Shown here: positions 33,830 through 43,580 of the stretch, one piece after another
How positions within the stretch are numbered: position 1 is the first letter of the stretch
Layout: every line of letters begins with the position of its first letter
Assembly (NCBI GenBank): GCA_963789955.1
Contig: CAWBMV010000012.1
Span: 192,001 to 256,000, forward strand
Length of the DNA: 64,000 nt
Reading direction: 5' to 3'
Origin: an uncultured Candidatus Rokubacteria bacterium
GTDB lineage: Bacteria; Methylomirabilota; Methylomirabilia; Rokubacteriales; CSP1-6
Notes under the pieces: model-generated
The model's database searches: none
What the model saw: only the letters and a program-made list of their open reading frames with translations
What the model was told of the DNA's origin: nothing
Program-made: the position numbers and the translations under genes

Positions 33830-34673
33830 CTTCCTCGAGCTCGAGACCCGCGGGCAGCCGCCCGCCGGTGTTCGAGGGCTTCACCAGACCCAGGCGTTTC
33901 ATCAGGCGCACCATCTGGAAGCCGAAGTCGTACTCGGCCGGGGAGTGGCTGAGCCGGAAAAACTGTGGATAGTGGTGATGGTTGTTCTGCAGGCAGGCGC
34001 TGAACGTGGCCGTCACCGGGAGCCACTCGCCGATGTTCATCGCGTTGTCGTCGTCCTGATAGCGGCGCGCACCGAAGCGGCGGTCGTGCGTCCAGTAGTT
34101 CTGCACCATGTTCGTCCACAGGGCGATGAGCCGCACGCTGACCCAGAGCGCCAGCGCGTACGCCCAGTCGGACACGAGCAGCCAGAGGAAGCCATAGCTG
34201 GTGATCTGCGCCACGACCGCGAAGAACGGGCTCGAGGCCAGGCGCATCGGCCAGGTCTCGAAGATCGGATCGCGCGCCATATCGAACTGGCACCGATACG
34301 GAAACAAGCACAGATAGAGCGTCTTCCAGAAGCCGTCGACACCCAGCTTGTTCGGATCACCGTCGCGGTCGGAGAAGGCGTGGTGGTGGCGGTGACGGTT
34401 CACCCACGAGCGGGGATTGACGTAGATCCCGATCGTGTTGCACACGAGCGTGGTCGATTTGACGAACCAGCCTTTGAACTCGAGCGCCCGATGGGCGATG
34501 CCCATGTGGAGGATCTCGGGAAGATAGAGCCCGGCGACGAGCCAGATGAACACGAGATACAATCCGCCGACCACGAGGCCGCCGGCTGCACCCAATGCCG
34601 GCGGCGCGAGGAACGCAGAGACCAGCGCGTGCAGGCTCAGTAGCGCGTAGCCAACGGCATTGTAGGTCGTCAT
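33819..34673 (-). CDS. Fatty acid desaturase (delta-9 / membrane di-iron family)
   Basis: His boxes HMGIAH, HRHHH and NNHHH; hydrophobic segments. Confidence 0.85.
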   Translation of the reverse strand: MTTYNAVGYALLSLHALVSAFLAPPALGAAGGLVVGGLYLVFIWLVAGLYLPEILHMGIAHRALEFKGWFVKSTTLVCNTIGIYVNPRSWVNRHRHHHAFSDRDGDPNKLGVDGFWKTLYLCLFPYRCQFDMARDPIFETWPMRLASSPFFAVVAQITSYGFLWLLVSDWAYALALWVSVRLIALWTNMVQNYWTHDRRFGARRYQDDDNAMNIGEWLPVTATFSACLQNNHHHYPQFFRLSHSPAEYDFGFQMVRLMKRLGLVKPSNTGGRLPAGLELEEVGL

Positions 34674-34748
34674 AGCCCCTCCGAGTGGCGACCCTATCGA
34701 TAATATGAAGGAATGGGGCTCCGGCCAAAGAGATAACGCCCGGCCGGG

Positions 34749-35810
34749 CTAGACGTGGATGACGACCTTGAGGGCGTTGCCGATCCGCTCGGTATACGTG
34801 CGGAAGGCGTCGTGGATCTGATCGAGCCCGAAGTGGTGCGTGATGATCGGATCGGCCAGGATCTTGCCCTTGCTCATGAGCTCGAGCGAGCGCCCGCAGT
34901 TCATCCCGCCCTCGCCGCGCGCCGCGTAGATGCGGACGTTCGAGCGCACGGCGAGGTTCATGTCGACCTCGACCGGGCCCGCGTACCAGGCGACGACGCC
35001 GATGCGGCCGCCCCGCTTGACGTTCTCGAGCGCTTCCTGCATGGAGCTCGGCCCGCCGGCGCACTCGAGGACGCAGTCGGCCCCGCGGCCGCCCGTGATG
35101 TCGCGAATCCGATCGCGGAGGTTCTCGCTGCGAACGTTGATGGTGTGGTCGGCGCCAAGCTGCTTGCCGATCGCCAGCCGCGAGTCGCGGGTGCCGGTGA
35201 GAATCACGCGCGCGGCGCCGAGCGCCTTGCAGAGCTGGACGGCGATGAGCCCGATGGGGCCGGGACCCTGCACGAGCACCGTCTCGCCGGCGACGTAGCC
35301 GCCCATCAGGTCGATCGCCCAGAGCGGCGAGGCCGCGGTCGTCACCATGCAGGCCTGCTCGAAGGACAGGTTCTCCGGGAGCCGATAGAGCGTGTTGATG
35401 TGGTTCACCGCGAACTCGGCGAATCCGCCGTCGCAGGTGAGGCCCTTGGCGCGGTGGCCCTTGGACACGTCGCCGTAGTTGAGGCAGGACGTGTACCAGC
35501 CCTTGATGCAGTTCTCGCAGCGGTCGCAGCCCTTGTGCACCTCGACGGCCACGCGATCGCCCACGCGGAACTCGTCGACGCCGGGCCCGAGGGCGGCCAC
35601 GGTGCCAGCGTACTCGTGACCCATGACGAACTGGCCCGCCGGCTGACCCTGAAGCGTACGGTGCAGCACCTTCACGTCCGTGCCGCAGATCGACGCGACC
35701 TCGACCTTCAGGAGCACCTCGCCAGGGCCGGGTTCTGGGCGGGTCCAGGCCTGGACCCGCATGTCGTCGGCGCCGTGAAGGATCGCGGCTTTCATGGTGG
35801 AGGTCGGCAT
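34749..35810 (-). CDS. Zinc-dependent alcohol dehydrogenase (MDR family)
   Basis: ICGTD, GHEYAG, CDRCENC..C, GPGPIG. Confidence 0.9.
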   Translation of the reverse strand: MPTSTMKAAILHGADDMRVQAWTRPEPGPGEVLLKVEVASICGTDVKVLHRTLQGQPAGQFVMGHEYAGTVAALGPGVDEFRVGDRVAVEVHKGCDRCENCIKGWYTSCLNYGDVSKGHRAKGLTCDGGFAEFAVNHINTLYRLPENLSFEQACMVTTAASPLWAIDLMGGYVAGETVLVQGPGPIGLIAVQLCKALGAARVILTGTRDSRLAIGKQLGADHTINVRSENLRDRIRDITGGRGADCVLECAGGPSSMQEALENVKRGGRIGVVAWYAGPVEVDMNLAVRSNVRIYAARGEGGMNCGRSLELMSKGKILADPIITHHFGLDQIHDAFRTYTERIGNALKVVIHV

Positions 35811-35822
35811 AGCTCTGCGCCC

Positions 35823-36578
35823 TCAGGCGATCTTGATGATCCCCGGCTCGACCGGCTTGAAGCGCTCGGCGACTTGCGGATCGTGGCCCGCGACGACGAG
35901 CTTTGCGGAGCCGGCGAGCCGATCGATCGTGTCGAAGGCCGTGAGCATCTCCGGCAGGCTGGTGATGATCTGCACCGGCTGACGCGTCTCGACGTTGTGA
36001 TAGAAGTGCGACGCGTCGGACGTCAGGACGACGGTGCCGCGCCGGGTCTCGACGCTGACGATCTGCAGGCCGGCCGTGTGGCCGCCGACCCGGTGCACGC
36101 GAATGCCCGGCCACACCTCGTGGTCGCCCTCGACGATCCGGATCTTGTTGCCGTAGTTCAACGTGGTCAGGTGCGCCAGCGCCTCGACGTTGGCGGACCC
36201 GCGGAACGCCGGCAGCCGGCCGAACGGCCCGGTCCAGAACGCGACTTCTTCGCCCTGGATCCAGAACTCCGCGTTCGGGAACAGGCTGTGGCCCGCCCAG
36301 TGATCGTAGTGCAGGTGGGTGATCAGCGAGATCGGGATGTCGCCGGGCTTGACCCCGGCGCGCTCGACCATCGCCGCCGGGCTCACGTAGTTGCGAATGC
36401 CGCGGGCGCGCGCGTCGTCGTCGCGGAAGCCGGTGTCGACCAGGAGCGGCTGCGGACCGCCGAGGATCAGCCATACGAAGTAGTCGAGCGTGAGCTTGTC
36501 GTGCGAGGACTCGCGGTAGAAGAACTGGCACTTCGTGGTGTCTCGCTCGCCGTACTTGAGCGCAAAGACTTCGTACAT
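35823..36578 (-). CDS. N-acyl-homoserine-lactonase-like MBL-fold hydrolase
   Basis: LVDTG, THLHYDH, GGHTAG, SDASH, GHD. Confidence 0.85.
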   Translation of the reverse strand: MYEVFALKYGERDTTKCQFFYRESSHDKLTLDYFVWLILGGPQPLLVDTGFRDDDARARGIRNYVSPAAMVERAGVKPGDIPISLITHLHYDHWAGHSLFPNAEFWIQGEEVAFWTGPFGRLPAFRGSANVEALAHLTTLNYGNKIRIVEGDHEVWPGIRVHRVGGHTAGLQIVSVETRRGTVVLTSDASHFYHNVETRQPVQIITSLPEMLTAFDTIDRLAGSAKLVVAGHDPQVAERFKPVEPGIIKIA

Positions 36579-36659
36579 GGCGGATCGCCCTCCTGGCGGG
36601 CAACTGTACTATGATCGGCCGCGTGATTCAGGTCCTTTCAATGCTCCAGGAGTTTTGAC

Positions 36660-37640
36660 ATGACCAAGCGCGAGCGCGTCCTGGCGGCCTTGCGCGGGGC
36701 GCCGGTCGATCGCGTGCCCGTGAGCCTCTGGCTTCACAACTTTGCGACCGAGAACTCGGCGGAGACGCTGACCGCCGAGACGCTCCGGCTCGCCGGGCGA
36801 TTCGACTGGGACTTTCTGAAGCCCCAGAGCCGCGCGCAGTGTTTCGCGGAGATGTGGGGACTCCGCTACACGCCCTCGCGCGAGCGCGCGACGCCGTACA
36901 CCGTGACACGCGCGCCGCTCGCGATGGCGGATGATCTACGCCGGCTCGAACCCGCGGACCCGCGAACGGGGGCGCTCGCCGAGCAGCTCCAGGCGTTGCG
37001 AGCGATCCGCAAGGCGGTCGGAAGCGAGACGCCGATCATCTGGACGGTGTTCTCGCCGCTGATGGTCCTACCGTTTCTACTTGCGGGCGGTCGTGCCGCG
37101 GCAGTCTCGCTGATGCGCTCCGAGCCGGCGGCGGTAGACCATGCGCTTCACGCGATGGCGGAGACGCTCGCGGCCTATGCGCGCGCGGCGGTGGCCGAGG
37201 GCGCCGACGGCCTGTTCTACGCCACCAACATGGCCACGCAGGAGCTCTCGACCACCGCCGAGTGCCGCCGCTTCCAGCGCCCTCACGATCTGCGGATTCT
37301 CGGCCAGGTCGCGAACGCGCCGTTCAACCTGCTCCACGTCTGCGGCACCGGGATCCTCTTCGACGAGTTCGTCGACTATCCCGCGACCGCGCTGAGCTGG
37401 GCCGTCGTTCCCGGCAACCCGTCGCTGACCGAAGCACACCGGCGCACCGGCCGCGCCGTAGTAGGCGGCCTACCGGCCAAGCCAGTGATCAAGGGCCTGC
37501 CTCCAGGAGAAGTCGCCGCCCGCGGCCGCCAAGCGATCAACGAAATGCGCGGCCGTTTCCTTCTGCTGGCTCCTGACTGCTCAATCGACCCCGACACCCC
37601 CGAAGCAGTAATGGACGCCGCGACCACCGCAACCCGTTGA
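36660..37640 (+). CDS. Uroporphyrinogen decarboxylase (URO-D/CIMS) family protein
   Basis: RERVLAAL..DRVPVS, TVFSP, GADGLFYA, LHVCG, LAPDCSI. Confidence 0.8.
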   Translation: MTKRERVLAALRGAPVDRVPVSLWLHNFATENSAETLTAETLRLAGRFDWDFLKPQSRAQCFAEMWGLRYTPSRERATPYTVTRAPLAMADDLRRLEPADPRTGALAEQLQALRAIRKAVGSETPIIWTVFSPLMVLPFLLAGGRAAAVSLMRSEPAAVDHALHAMAETLAAYARAAVAEGADGLFYATNMATQELSTTAECRRFQRPHDLRILGQVANAPFNLLHVCGTGILFDEFVDYPATALSWAVVPGNPSLTEAHRRTGRAVVGGLPAKPVIKGLPPGEVAARGRQAINEMRGRFLLLAPDCSIDPDTPEAVMDAATTATR

Positions 37641-37686
37641 CCGGAGTGCTGGTTCGAGTGACTAGTCAGGGTGTTCGGGCAACCAA

Positions 37687-37810
37687 GCGAAACGGGGAGG
37701 TATCGGAGGGGGCGTCTCGCCCCCCCGATCAGAAACAAGAAGGAGTGAAGGAGTAAACGGGCGCACCCGCGAACCGGGGAGGTATCGGAGGGGGCGCCTC
37801 GCTCCGATCA
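37687..37810 (+). repeat. Left hairpin doublet (REP-like unit, linker, REP-like unit)
   Basis: Two copies of GCGAA(A/C)CGGGGAGGTATCGGAGGGGGCGnCTCGC..CCGATCA joined by GAAACAAGAAGGAGTGAAGGAGTAAACGGGCGCACCC. Confidence 0.9.
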
Positions 37811-38824
37811 GCCGGTTCTGAGTCGACCCGGCCCTGCCGTCGGACCCCCACCTGAGAGCCATCGCCAATGATGTGATCGCCAACATCCGTTACTCTCTGG
37901 CGGCTGTGGCGGCAGAGGGGCAACCCAGGGCCAAAGGTCAGCTTGACCAGGCAGTACGGGCGCTCCTGGTCCGCGAAAAGCCGGCGACCCGTCAGCGGTT
38001 CCGCGAGCGGGCCCATGCGGTACTGAGCCGGCCCACCGGCCCTGCGGACGATGCACTTCGGGCGTTTCGCCGCCGTCAGCCCAGACGAGTATCCGGCCAT
38101 CGGGTCCGACGAACTTGCAGGGCGCGTCGGCAAACTCTCGGTCGACTCGGAAGCGGTCAAGCAAGAGCCTCAACCAGACCCATCTGATCCTCGGCAAGGT
38201 GGTCCACGATAATCCGCACGTCGTAGTCCAGCATCAGATGCCTGGGCAACCGGTGATTCACCTGGACCCAGATCTGATCGCTGGTCTCGCATTCAAGAAG
38301 ATGCGGCTGTTCATCCGCAAGGTCCGCTGCGTGCAGGAAACCTACGAGTTGCTCGAGGGCTCCGACGCGATCAACATGGGTGGCAACTTCACGACCGCCG
38401 ACGGGAAGACGACCGTGCTCGTCGACCAGTTCAAGGTGTCAGACGACTTCGACGAAGGCGAACTCGTCGATTTCGGGTCTAGCAAGGCTTTCGCTAGCTG
38501 GGACTTGGTCGACCAACTCGGCGGGTTTCCCTTACGTCTACTCCGCGATCATCTAGCTTGGCGGAGAAGGACGACGGGGGCTTCTACAAGTTTCTCAAAG
38601 ACCTGTGGGCCCAGGTAGCAAGCCAAGGTAAGGACGCGGTGGCAAGGAGCGGTCGGCGGAGCAATCGGCGGTGCGATTGGGGCCGCCGTCGGATTCATCG
38701 CGGCGGCGGTCGTCGGTTGCCATCATTGCTTGGCTCGTCAGCCTGTTCGAAAACTCGGATGACATCATCGGCACTAAGGTGGTGACGATGACCCTAGCAG
38801 CCTGCACCAAGTCGTACTACGACT
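37811..38824 (+). pseudogene. Fragment of a hypothetical-protein gene, frameshifted and cut by the right repeat
   Basis: Protein-like pieces in successive frames (IANIRYSL.., KMRLFIRKVRCVQET.., LAEKDDGGFYKFLKDLW.., LFENSDDIIGTKVV) run straight into the repeat. Confidence 0.55.
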
Positions 38825-38956
38825 CACCCGCGAACCGGGGAGGCGTCGGAGGGGGCGCCTCGCCCCCTCCGATCAGAAACAAGAAGGAGTGAAGGAGTAA
38901 ACGGGCGCACCCGCGAACCGGGGAGGCGTCGGAGGGGGCGTCTCGCCCCCTCCGAC
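38825..38956 (+). repeat. Right hairpin doublet, direct repeat of 37687..37810
   Basis: Two copies of CACCCGCGAACCGGGGAGGCGTCGGAGGGGGCGnCTCGCCCCCTCCGA with the same linker; period 83 bp. Confidence 0.92.
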
Positions 38957-40165
38957 TTACATAGTCGGGCTCGCGAACTCCCCACCCATCGCGACCAGCG
39001 CCCACGGCCCGCCCTGCGCGTCCCAGCTGAACCCGATGTGCGCGCTCAGCGCGTGCTGATCACGGAACAGGCGCTGGATCGGATAGCGGTCGTAGATCCC
39101 GTTGGCGCCGGCGAGCGCATGCAGCGAATCGACCGCCTCGGTGCAGAGCTCCATCGCGTAGGCGACGTTGCGTTTGTAGCGCAGCTTCTCCTCGATCGTC
39201 GGCACGCGGCCCTCGCGGGCGATCCGATCGGCCTCCAGACAGTCCGCGCGGATCGAGAGACGGGCCAGATCGACCATCGCGCCGGCGCGCGCGACGCGGA
39301 GCTGCACCGCCTGGAAGTCGCGCATCCGCATCGCGGTGTAGTTGGTGCTCCGCTCGCGAATCGCCTCGATGGTGAGATCGAGCGCCGCCTGCGCGTTGCC
39401 GACGCCGGCCCCCGCCAGGCAGTGTGAGCCGAGCGCCGCGAGCGGCACCTGGTAGAGGGAATTCGCGTTGACGCGCGCCCCGGGAAACTGACTGCCGCCC
39501 CGCGCCAGGTACATCGACAGCGCGCGGTGCTCGGGCACGAACACGTCCTTCGCGCGGACCGACTTGGAGCCGGTGCTGCGCATGCCGAGCGTGGTCCAGT
39601 CGTCGACGATCTCGTAGTCGCTCTTCGGCACCAGGCACATGCGGTGATCGACGACGCGCTCGCCGTCGCGGACCATGACGGCCAGCATGTTCCAGTCGGA
39701 GGCGTCGACTCCGCTCGAGAAGTTCCAGAAGCCGCTGACGACGAGACCGCCATCGACGCGGCGCCCGCTGCCCTGGGGGTAGGCGATACCGGAGGCGATC
39801 AGCGCGTCCGGGTTCTTGCCCCAGATCTCTTCCTGGGCGCGCTCGTCGTAGAGCGCGAGCATCCAGTGATGCACACCGAGATTCGCGACGTTCCAGCCCG
39901 TCGAGGCGCAGCCGCGGGCGATCTCGGCCGGCACGTCGAACAGCGCGACGAAGTCGAGCTCCATGCCGCCCCAGCGCCGCGGCTGGTGAAAGCGAAAGAG
40001 GCCGGTGCGATGAAGATCGTCGAGCGTCTCGGCCGCCATCTGGCGTCCGAGCTCCGCGCGGCCGGCACGCTCGCGCAGCGCGGGCACCAGGGCGCGCGCC
40101 CGGCGCATCGCCTCGTCGTAGCCGACGTCGGCGAAGCTCACGGACGCGCGCCCGGGATCGGTCAT
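38957..40165 (-). CDS. Flavin-dependent monooxygenase, oxygenase component (acyl-CoA dehydrogenase fold, HsaA-like)
   Basis: QPRRWGG, CASTGW, WNFSSGVD, DWTTLGMRSTGS, IQRLFRD..H. Confidence 0.88.
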   Translation of the reverse strand: MTDPGRASVSFADVGYDEAMRRARALVPALRERAGRAELGRQMAAETLDDLHRTGLFRFHQPRRWGGMELDFVALFDVPAEIARGCASTGWNVANLGVHHWMLALYDERAQEEIWGKNPDALIASGIAYPQGSGRRVDGGLVVSGFWNFSSGVDASDWNMLAVMVRDGERVVDHRMCLVPKSDYEIVDDWTTLGMRSTGSKSVRAKDVFVPEHRALSMYLARGGSQFPGARVNANSLYQVPLAALGSHCLAGAGVGNAQAALDLTIEAIRERSTNYTAMRMRDFQAVQLRVARAGAMVDLARLSIRADCLEADRIAREGRVPTIEEKLRYKRNVAYAMELCTEAVDSLHALAGANGIYDRYPIQRLFRDQHALSAHIGFSWDAQGGPWALVAMGGEFASPTM

Positions 40166-40635
40166 GCGCGCATGCTGGCGACCTGGGGCATCTTCGAGTA
40201 GTCCTCGCCGCCCCAGTCCGTGACGTCCTTCACGCCGAAGAAGTTGAGCTCGATCGTGAGCCCGTTCGGGTCCTTGATGAAGATCTGGTAGAGGTCGAAC
40301 TCCGGGAGCGAGCGCGGCTGGAAGTCCATGCCACGCTCCTTGAAGCGCCGGATGAAGTTGCCCGGCTCGGTGGCCAGGAACGCGATGTGATCGACGACGC
40401 CCGCGTGATCCGTGACCGCGTTCTTCGGCGTGCCGAGGTAGTACATGTCGGCGTTGTCGATGCCGTCCGGCCCCATGTGCACCTGGATCTTGCCGTTCAC
40501 CCCGAGCCAGTAGCCGGGGAACGGGAAGGTCGGCCGCGGCATGACCTGGAAGCCGAGCACGTCGCAGTAGAAATCCTTCGTCTTCTCGAGTTCGTTCGCG
40601 CGGATGAAGTAGTGGTTGAGCTCAGTCAGCGGCAT
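40162..40635 (-). CDS. VOC / glyoxalase family protein
   Basis: LNHYFI, FYCDVLG, DHIAF, DPNGLTIELN. Confidence 0.85.
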   Translation of the reverse strand: MPLTELNHYFIRANELEKTKDFYCDVLGFQVMPRPTFPFPGYWLGVNGKIQVHMGPDGIDNADMYYLGTPKNAVTDHAGVVDHIAFLATEPGNFIRRFKERGMDFQPRSLPEFDLYQIFIKDPNGLTIELNFFGVKDVTDWGGEDYSKMPQVASMRA

Positions 40636-40760
40636 GGGCCCCTCCTCGGAGGAATCGGCGTCGTGAGCCGATGTTACGCGAAAGCGTGAGGTCTGCAAAG
40701 TCGCCCCGACCGCTGGACCCGGGCCGGCATCCGCCGTATCCTCCCGGCCAGGAGGGACCC

Positions 40761-41264
40761 ATGGACCCGAACGTCAAGAAGACCACGCTCCGGATGATCC
40801 CGTACGGCCTCTACGTCCTCACCGCCGCGCACAAGGACGGCCGCATCTCGGCCGGCACGGTCAACTGGGTCACCCAGGCCTCGTTCGAGCCGCCGCTCGT
40901 GGTGGTCGGGGTCAAGACCGACTCGGCGGGCCACGCGCTCATCAAGGACACCAAGGCGTTCGCGCTGAACGTGCTCGGCAAGGGGCAGCAAGCGCTGGCC
41001 TTCACGTTCTTCAAGCCCGCCGAGAAGAAGGGCGACACGATCTCCGGCGAGCCTTTCCGCCCGGGCAAGACCGGCGCGCCGATCCTGGCCAGCACGCCCG
41101 CGTTCATCGAGTGCTCGCTCGAGACGACGGTGGAGATGGGCGACCACTCGATCTTCGTCGGCAAGGTGGTCGAGGTCGGCCTCGCCAAGACGATCGACGG
41201 ACGGGCGGACGACGCGACCCTGTGGATGAAGGAGCTCGGCGACAAGGTCTTCTACGGCGGGTAG
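40761..41264 (+). CDS. Flavin reductase family protein
   Basis: IPYGLYVLT, QASFEPP, FALNVL, GDHSIFVG. Confidence 0.9.
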   Translation: MDPNVKKTTLRMIPYGLYVLTAAHKDGRISAGTVNWVTQASFEPPLVVVGVKTDSAGHALIKDTKAFALNVLGKGQQALAFTFFKPAEKKGDTISGEPFRPGKTGAPILASTPAFIECSLETTVEMGDHSIFVGKVVEVGLAKTIDGRADDATLWMKELGDKVFYGG

Positions 41265-41271
41265 CGCGCGC

Positions 41272-41979
41272 CTAGGACGGTGGCGTGTCGAGTGTGCGCA
41301 GGCGCTCGACGATGGCGGCGACATGTAGCGCCGTCGTGTCGAGCGCCGGGACGCCCGCGATGACCGGAGCGGGTAGCAGCAATGGCAGCTCGGTCCCGCC
41401 CAGAATGACTCCGTCGATGCGCTCCTGATCCCGCAGACGGCCGACGAGCGATACGAACTCCGACCGGGTGTCGTCTCGAAACTCGCCCTTGAGAAGCTCG
41501 CCCACATACCGCGCGTGAATCCAGGCGCGGTCCGCGTCAGTCGGAGCGACCGCGACGATGCCGTGACGCGCGCATACCGCCGGGTAGAACGGGGCTTCCA
41601 TCGTGAATCGCGTGCCGAGAAGAGCCAGTCGACGCAATCCGCGCCGTCTCGCCTCCTGGGCGCAAACCTCGACGATGCTGACCAGAGGGACCGGCGACCG
41701 CGACGCGATCTCGTCGAACACGATGTGAGGCGTATTGGCGGTCATGGCGACGAAGTCCACGCCGGCAGCCGCGAGCCTGAGCACCGACGCCAGCAGGTAC
41801 TCGACGAGCGCCGGCCGGTCACGTTCGACGAGGCGCAGCGCCCGCTGAACGTCGAGACTGTCGATGACGATCGAGGGGGTCGTCGATGGATCGTCTCGCT
41901 GCCACGTTTCCAGGATGCGGCGGTAATAGTCGATCGTGGATTCCGGTCCAAGGCCGCCGACGATTCCGACTCTCGCCAT
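41272..41979 (-). CDS. Aspartate/glutamate racemase family protein lacking the usual catalytic cysteines
   Basis: GIVGGLGPEST, TANTPH, LLGTRFTM, LGGTELP. Confidence 0.85.
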   Translation of the reverse strand: MARVGIVGGLGPESTIDYYRRILETWQRDDPSTTPSIVIDSLDVQRALRLVERDRPALVEYLLASVLRLAAAGVDFVAMTANTPHIVFDEIASRSPVPLVSIVEVCAQEARRRGLRRLALLGTRFTMEAPFYPAVCARHGIVAVAPTDADRAWIHARYVGELLKGEFRDDTRSEFVSLVGRLRDQERIDGVILGGTELPLLLPAPVIAGVPALDTTALHVAAIVERLRTLDTPPS

Positions 41980-41993
41980 GGACGGGCGCGTCT

Positions 41994-42674
41994 TCAGGCG
42001 GTGAGCAGGCGGCGCTGCTCCACCGCGACACCCGGCGACACCAGGCGAATGTGCTCTTCGATCCCGCGGAGCTGACGCTCGACGACCTCCGTGGCTACCC
42101 CGGCCGGCGCATAGGCGACGTACAGCACACGGGAAGTCTGTGGGGAGACCGGTGACCGCGCGTCCTGCCCATAGATGACCGAACAGGAGATTCCGTCCGC
42201 GTCCCGCATGATCATGTCGCCCGACCGAATCGCTCTGGGTGTGCCGTTCATCTGCGTCATCTGCTCACCCTCGCGCGATGCGTCGATCACGATCGGCGCG
42301 CGCAGCTTCTCGACGTCGTGCCCCGCCGTCAGGATCAAGGTCTCGACTTCCGCCATGAAATTGGCGTCGACGGCGGGCGATACATCGGGAAGGGGCTTCG
42401 CTTTCAGGACGATCGACTCGAGCTGGAGCTGCACGTGATAGGTCTTGTTGAAGCGCTTGTAGTACCGCTCGTACTCGGCCATCACCGGAAGCGCCAGGAA
42501 GTCCTGACGGGTAAATCCTTTGTAGCGCTCTCGCAAGCCGGCTTCGATGGCGCGTTTGCGCTCGGTCAATCGGGAAGACGAGCCCGTGTTCTCCAGGCCG
42601 GAGAGCTCGAGCAGGCCGATCGTTGCACCGGGGTGTGCTGCGCGCCACTCTTCAGTCGCGGAGATCGTGAGCAT
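41994..42674 (-). CDS. B3/4 (PheT editing-like) domain protein
   Basis: YERYYKRF, VSPAVDANF, GHDVEKL, DMIMRDADG..YGQD. Confidence 0.7.
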   Translation of the reverse strand: MLTISATEEWRAAHPGATIGLLELSGLENTGSSSRLTERKRAIEAGLRERYKGFTRQDFLALPVMAEYERYYKRFNKTYHVQLQLESIVLKAKPLPDVSPAVDANFMAEVETLILTAGHDVEKLRAPIVIDASREGEQMTQMNGTPRAIRSGDMIMRDADGISCSVIYGQDARSPVSPQTSRVLYVAYAPAGVATEVVERQLRGIEEHIRLVSPGVAVEQRRLLTA

Positions 42675-43468
42675 CAGACAACTCCCCGAACCGCCCACGC
42701 TCGAGCGGTCAGCTCGATCGGCCTGCCCGGTGTCGGCGCAAGGCGCGACTCGAGGTGTCGGCGGATTCGTTCGCGCACCTCGCCATCGACCGAGGCCAGA
42801 TAGGACGGTGCCGCGCCGGTCCTGCCGAGAAACGGCTTCCAGTAGTCGTCGAAGGTCTGGAAGACGGTTGGAATCTCGATGGCGCGAGTCTCCACGGCCT
42901 TGAGGCCACTCTTCTCGAACAATGCCTGGAGCGGACCGGGCTGACAGAGAGGGAATTGCTCGGCCTGGTCGAGCTTCGCGTCATGGGGGCTCACGGCTAT
43001 CGCCGCGTCCCAGAAGCGCCGCATCATCTGCATGCCGCCGGCGTAGTCCCAGACGTACGCGGCGACCGTTCCTCCCGGTCTGGTCACTCTCGCCATCTCT
43101 CGCACCATGCCATCGTGATCCCGCACGAAGTTGAGGACCAGGCCGGAGGCCGTGACGTCCCGGACAGCCGAATTCCAGGGCAGGTGTATCGCATCGCCGG
43201 TCTCGAAGCGAGCCCGCGGGTCGCTGATGCGTTGGCGCGCCAGGGACACGAAGCCCTCCGACGAGTCGATCCCGGAGACGGACGACGGGTCACACATCGT
43301 CAGGATGGCGGACGCCAATGCTCCCGTCCCGCAGCCGACATCCGCCCAGGCGAGGCCCGGACGAGGTGCGAGCCAGCGAAGAAACTCGGTCGCAACCGTC
43401 CGGCTCCAGCGCCCGACATACTGCTCGTAGGCGTCGCCAGAGTCCCAGACCGCCGGCGCACTACTCAA
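42674..43468 (-). CDS. Class I SAM-dependent methyltransferase
   Basis: YEQYVGRWS, DVGCGTG, RVTRPGG.VAAYVWD. Confidence 0.9.
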   Translation of the reverse strand: MSSAPAVWDSGDAYEQYVGRWSRTVATEFLRWLAPRPGLAWADVGCGTGALASAILTMCDPSSVSGIDSSEGFVSLARQRISDPRARFETGDAIHLPWNSAVRDVTASGLVLNFVRDHDGMVREMARVTRPGGTVAAYVWDYAGGMQMMRRFWDAAIAVSPHDAKLDQAEQFPLCQPGPLQALFEKSGLKAVETRAIEIPTVFQTFDDYWKPFLGRTGAAPSYLASVDGEVRERIRRHLESRLAPTPGRPIELTARAWAVRGVV

Positions 43469-43580
43469 GAGTCAGGCCGCTGTGGCAGCCCGCGACGCAT
43501 GACGGTTGGTGGCCGCGTGTGCCACGGCAATGACCACCGGGAGCAGAAGCTCGGGGATGAGATAGCCCAGGTGTGTTCTC

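Noticed and set aside
37687..38956. CRISPR array (48-bp palindromic repeat with a 35-bp spacer)
   Set aside because: Only two repeats per module, the two spacers are identical, and there are no cas genes.
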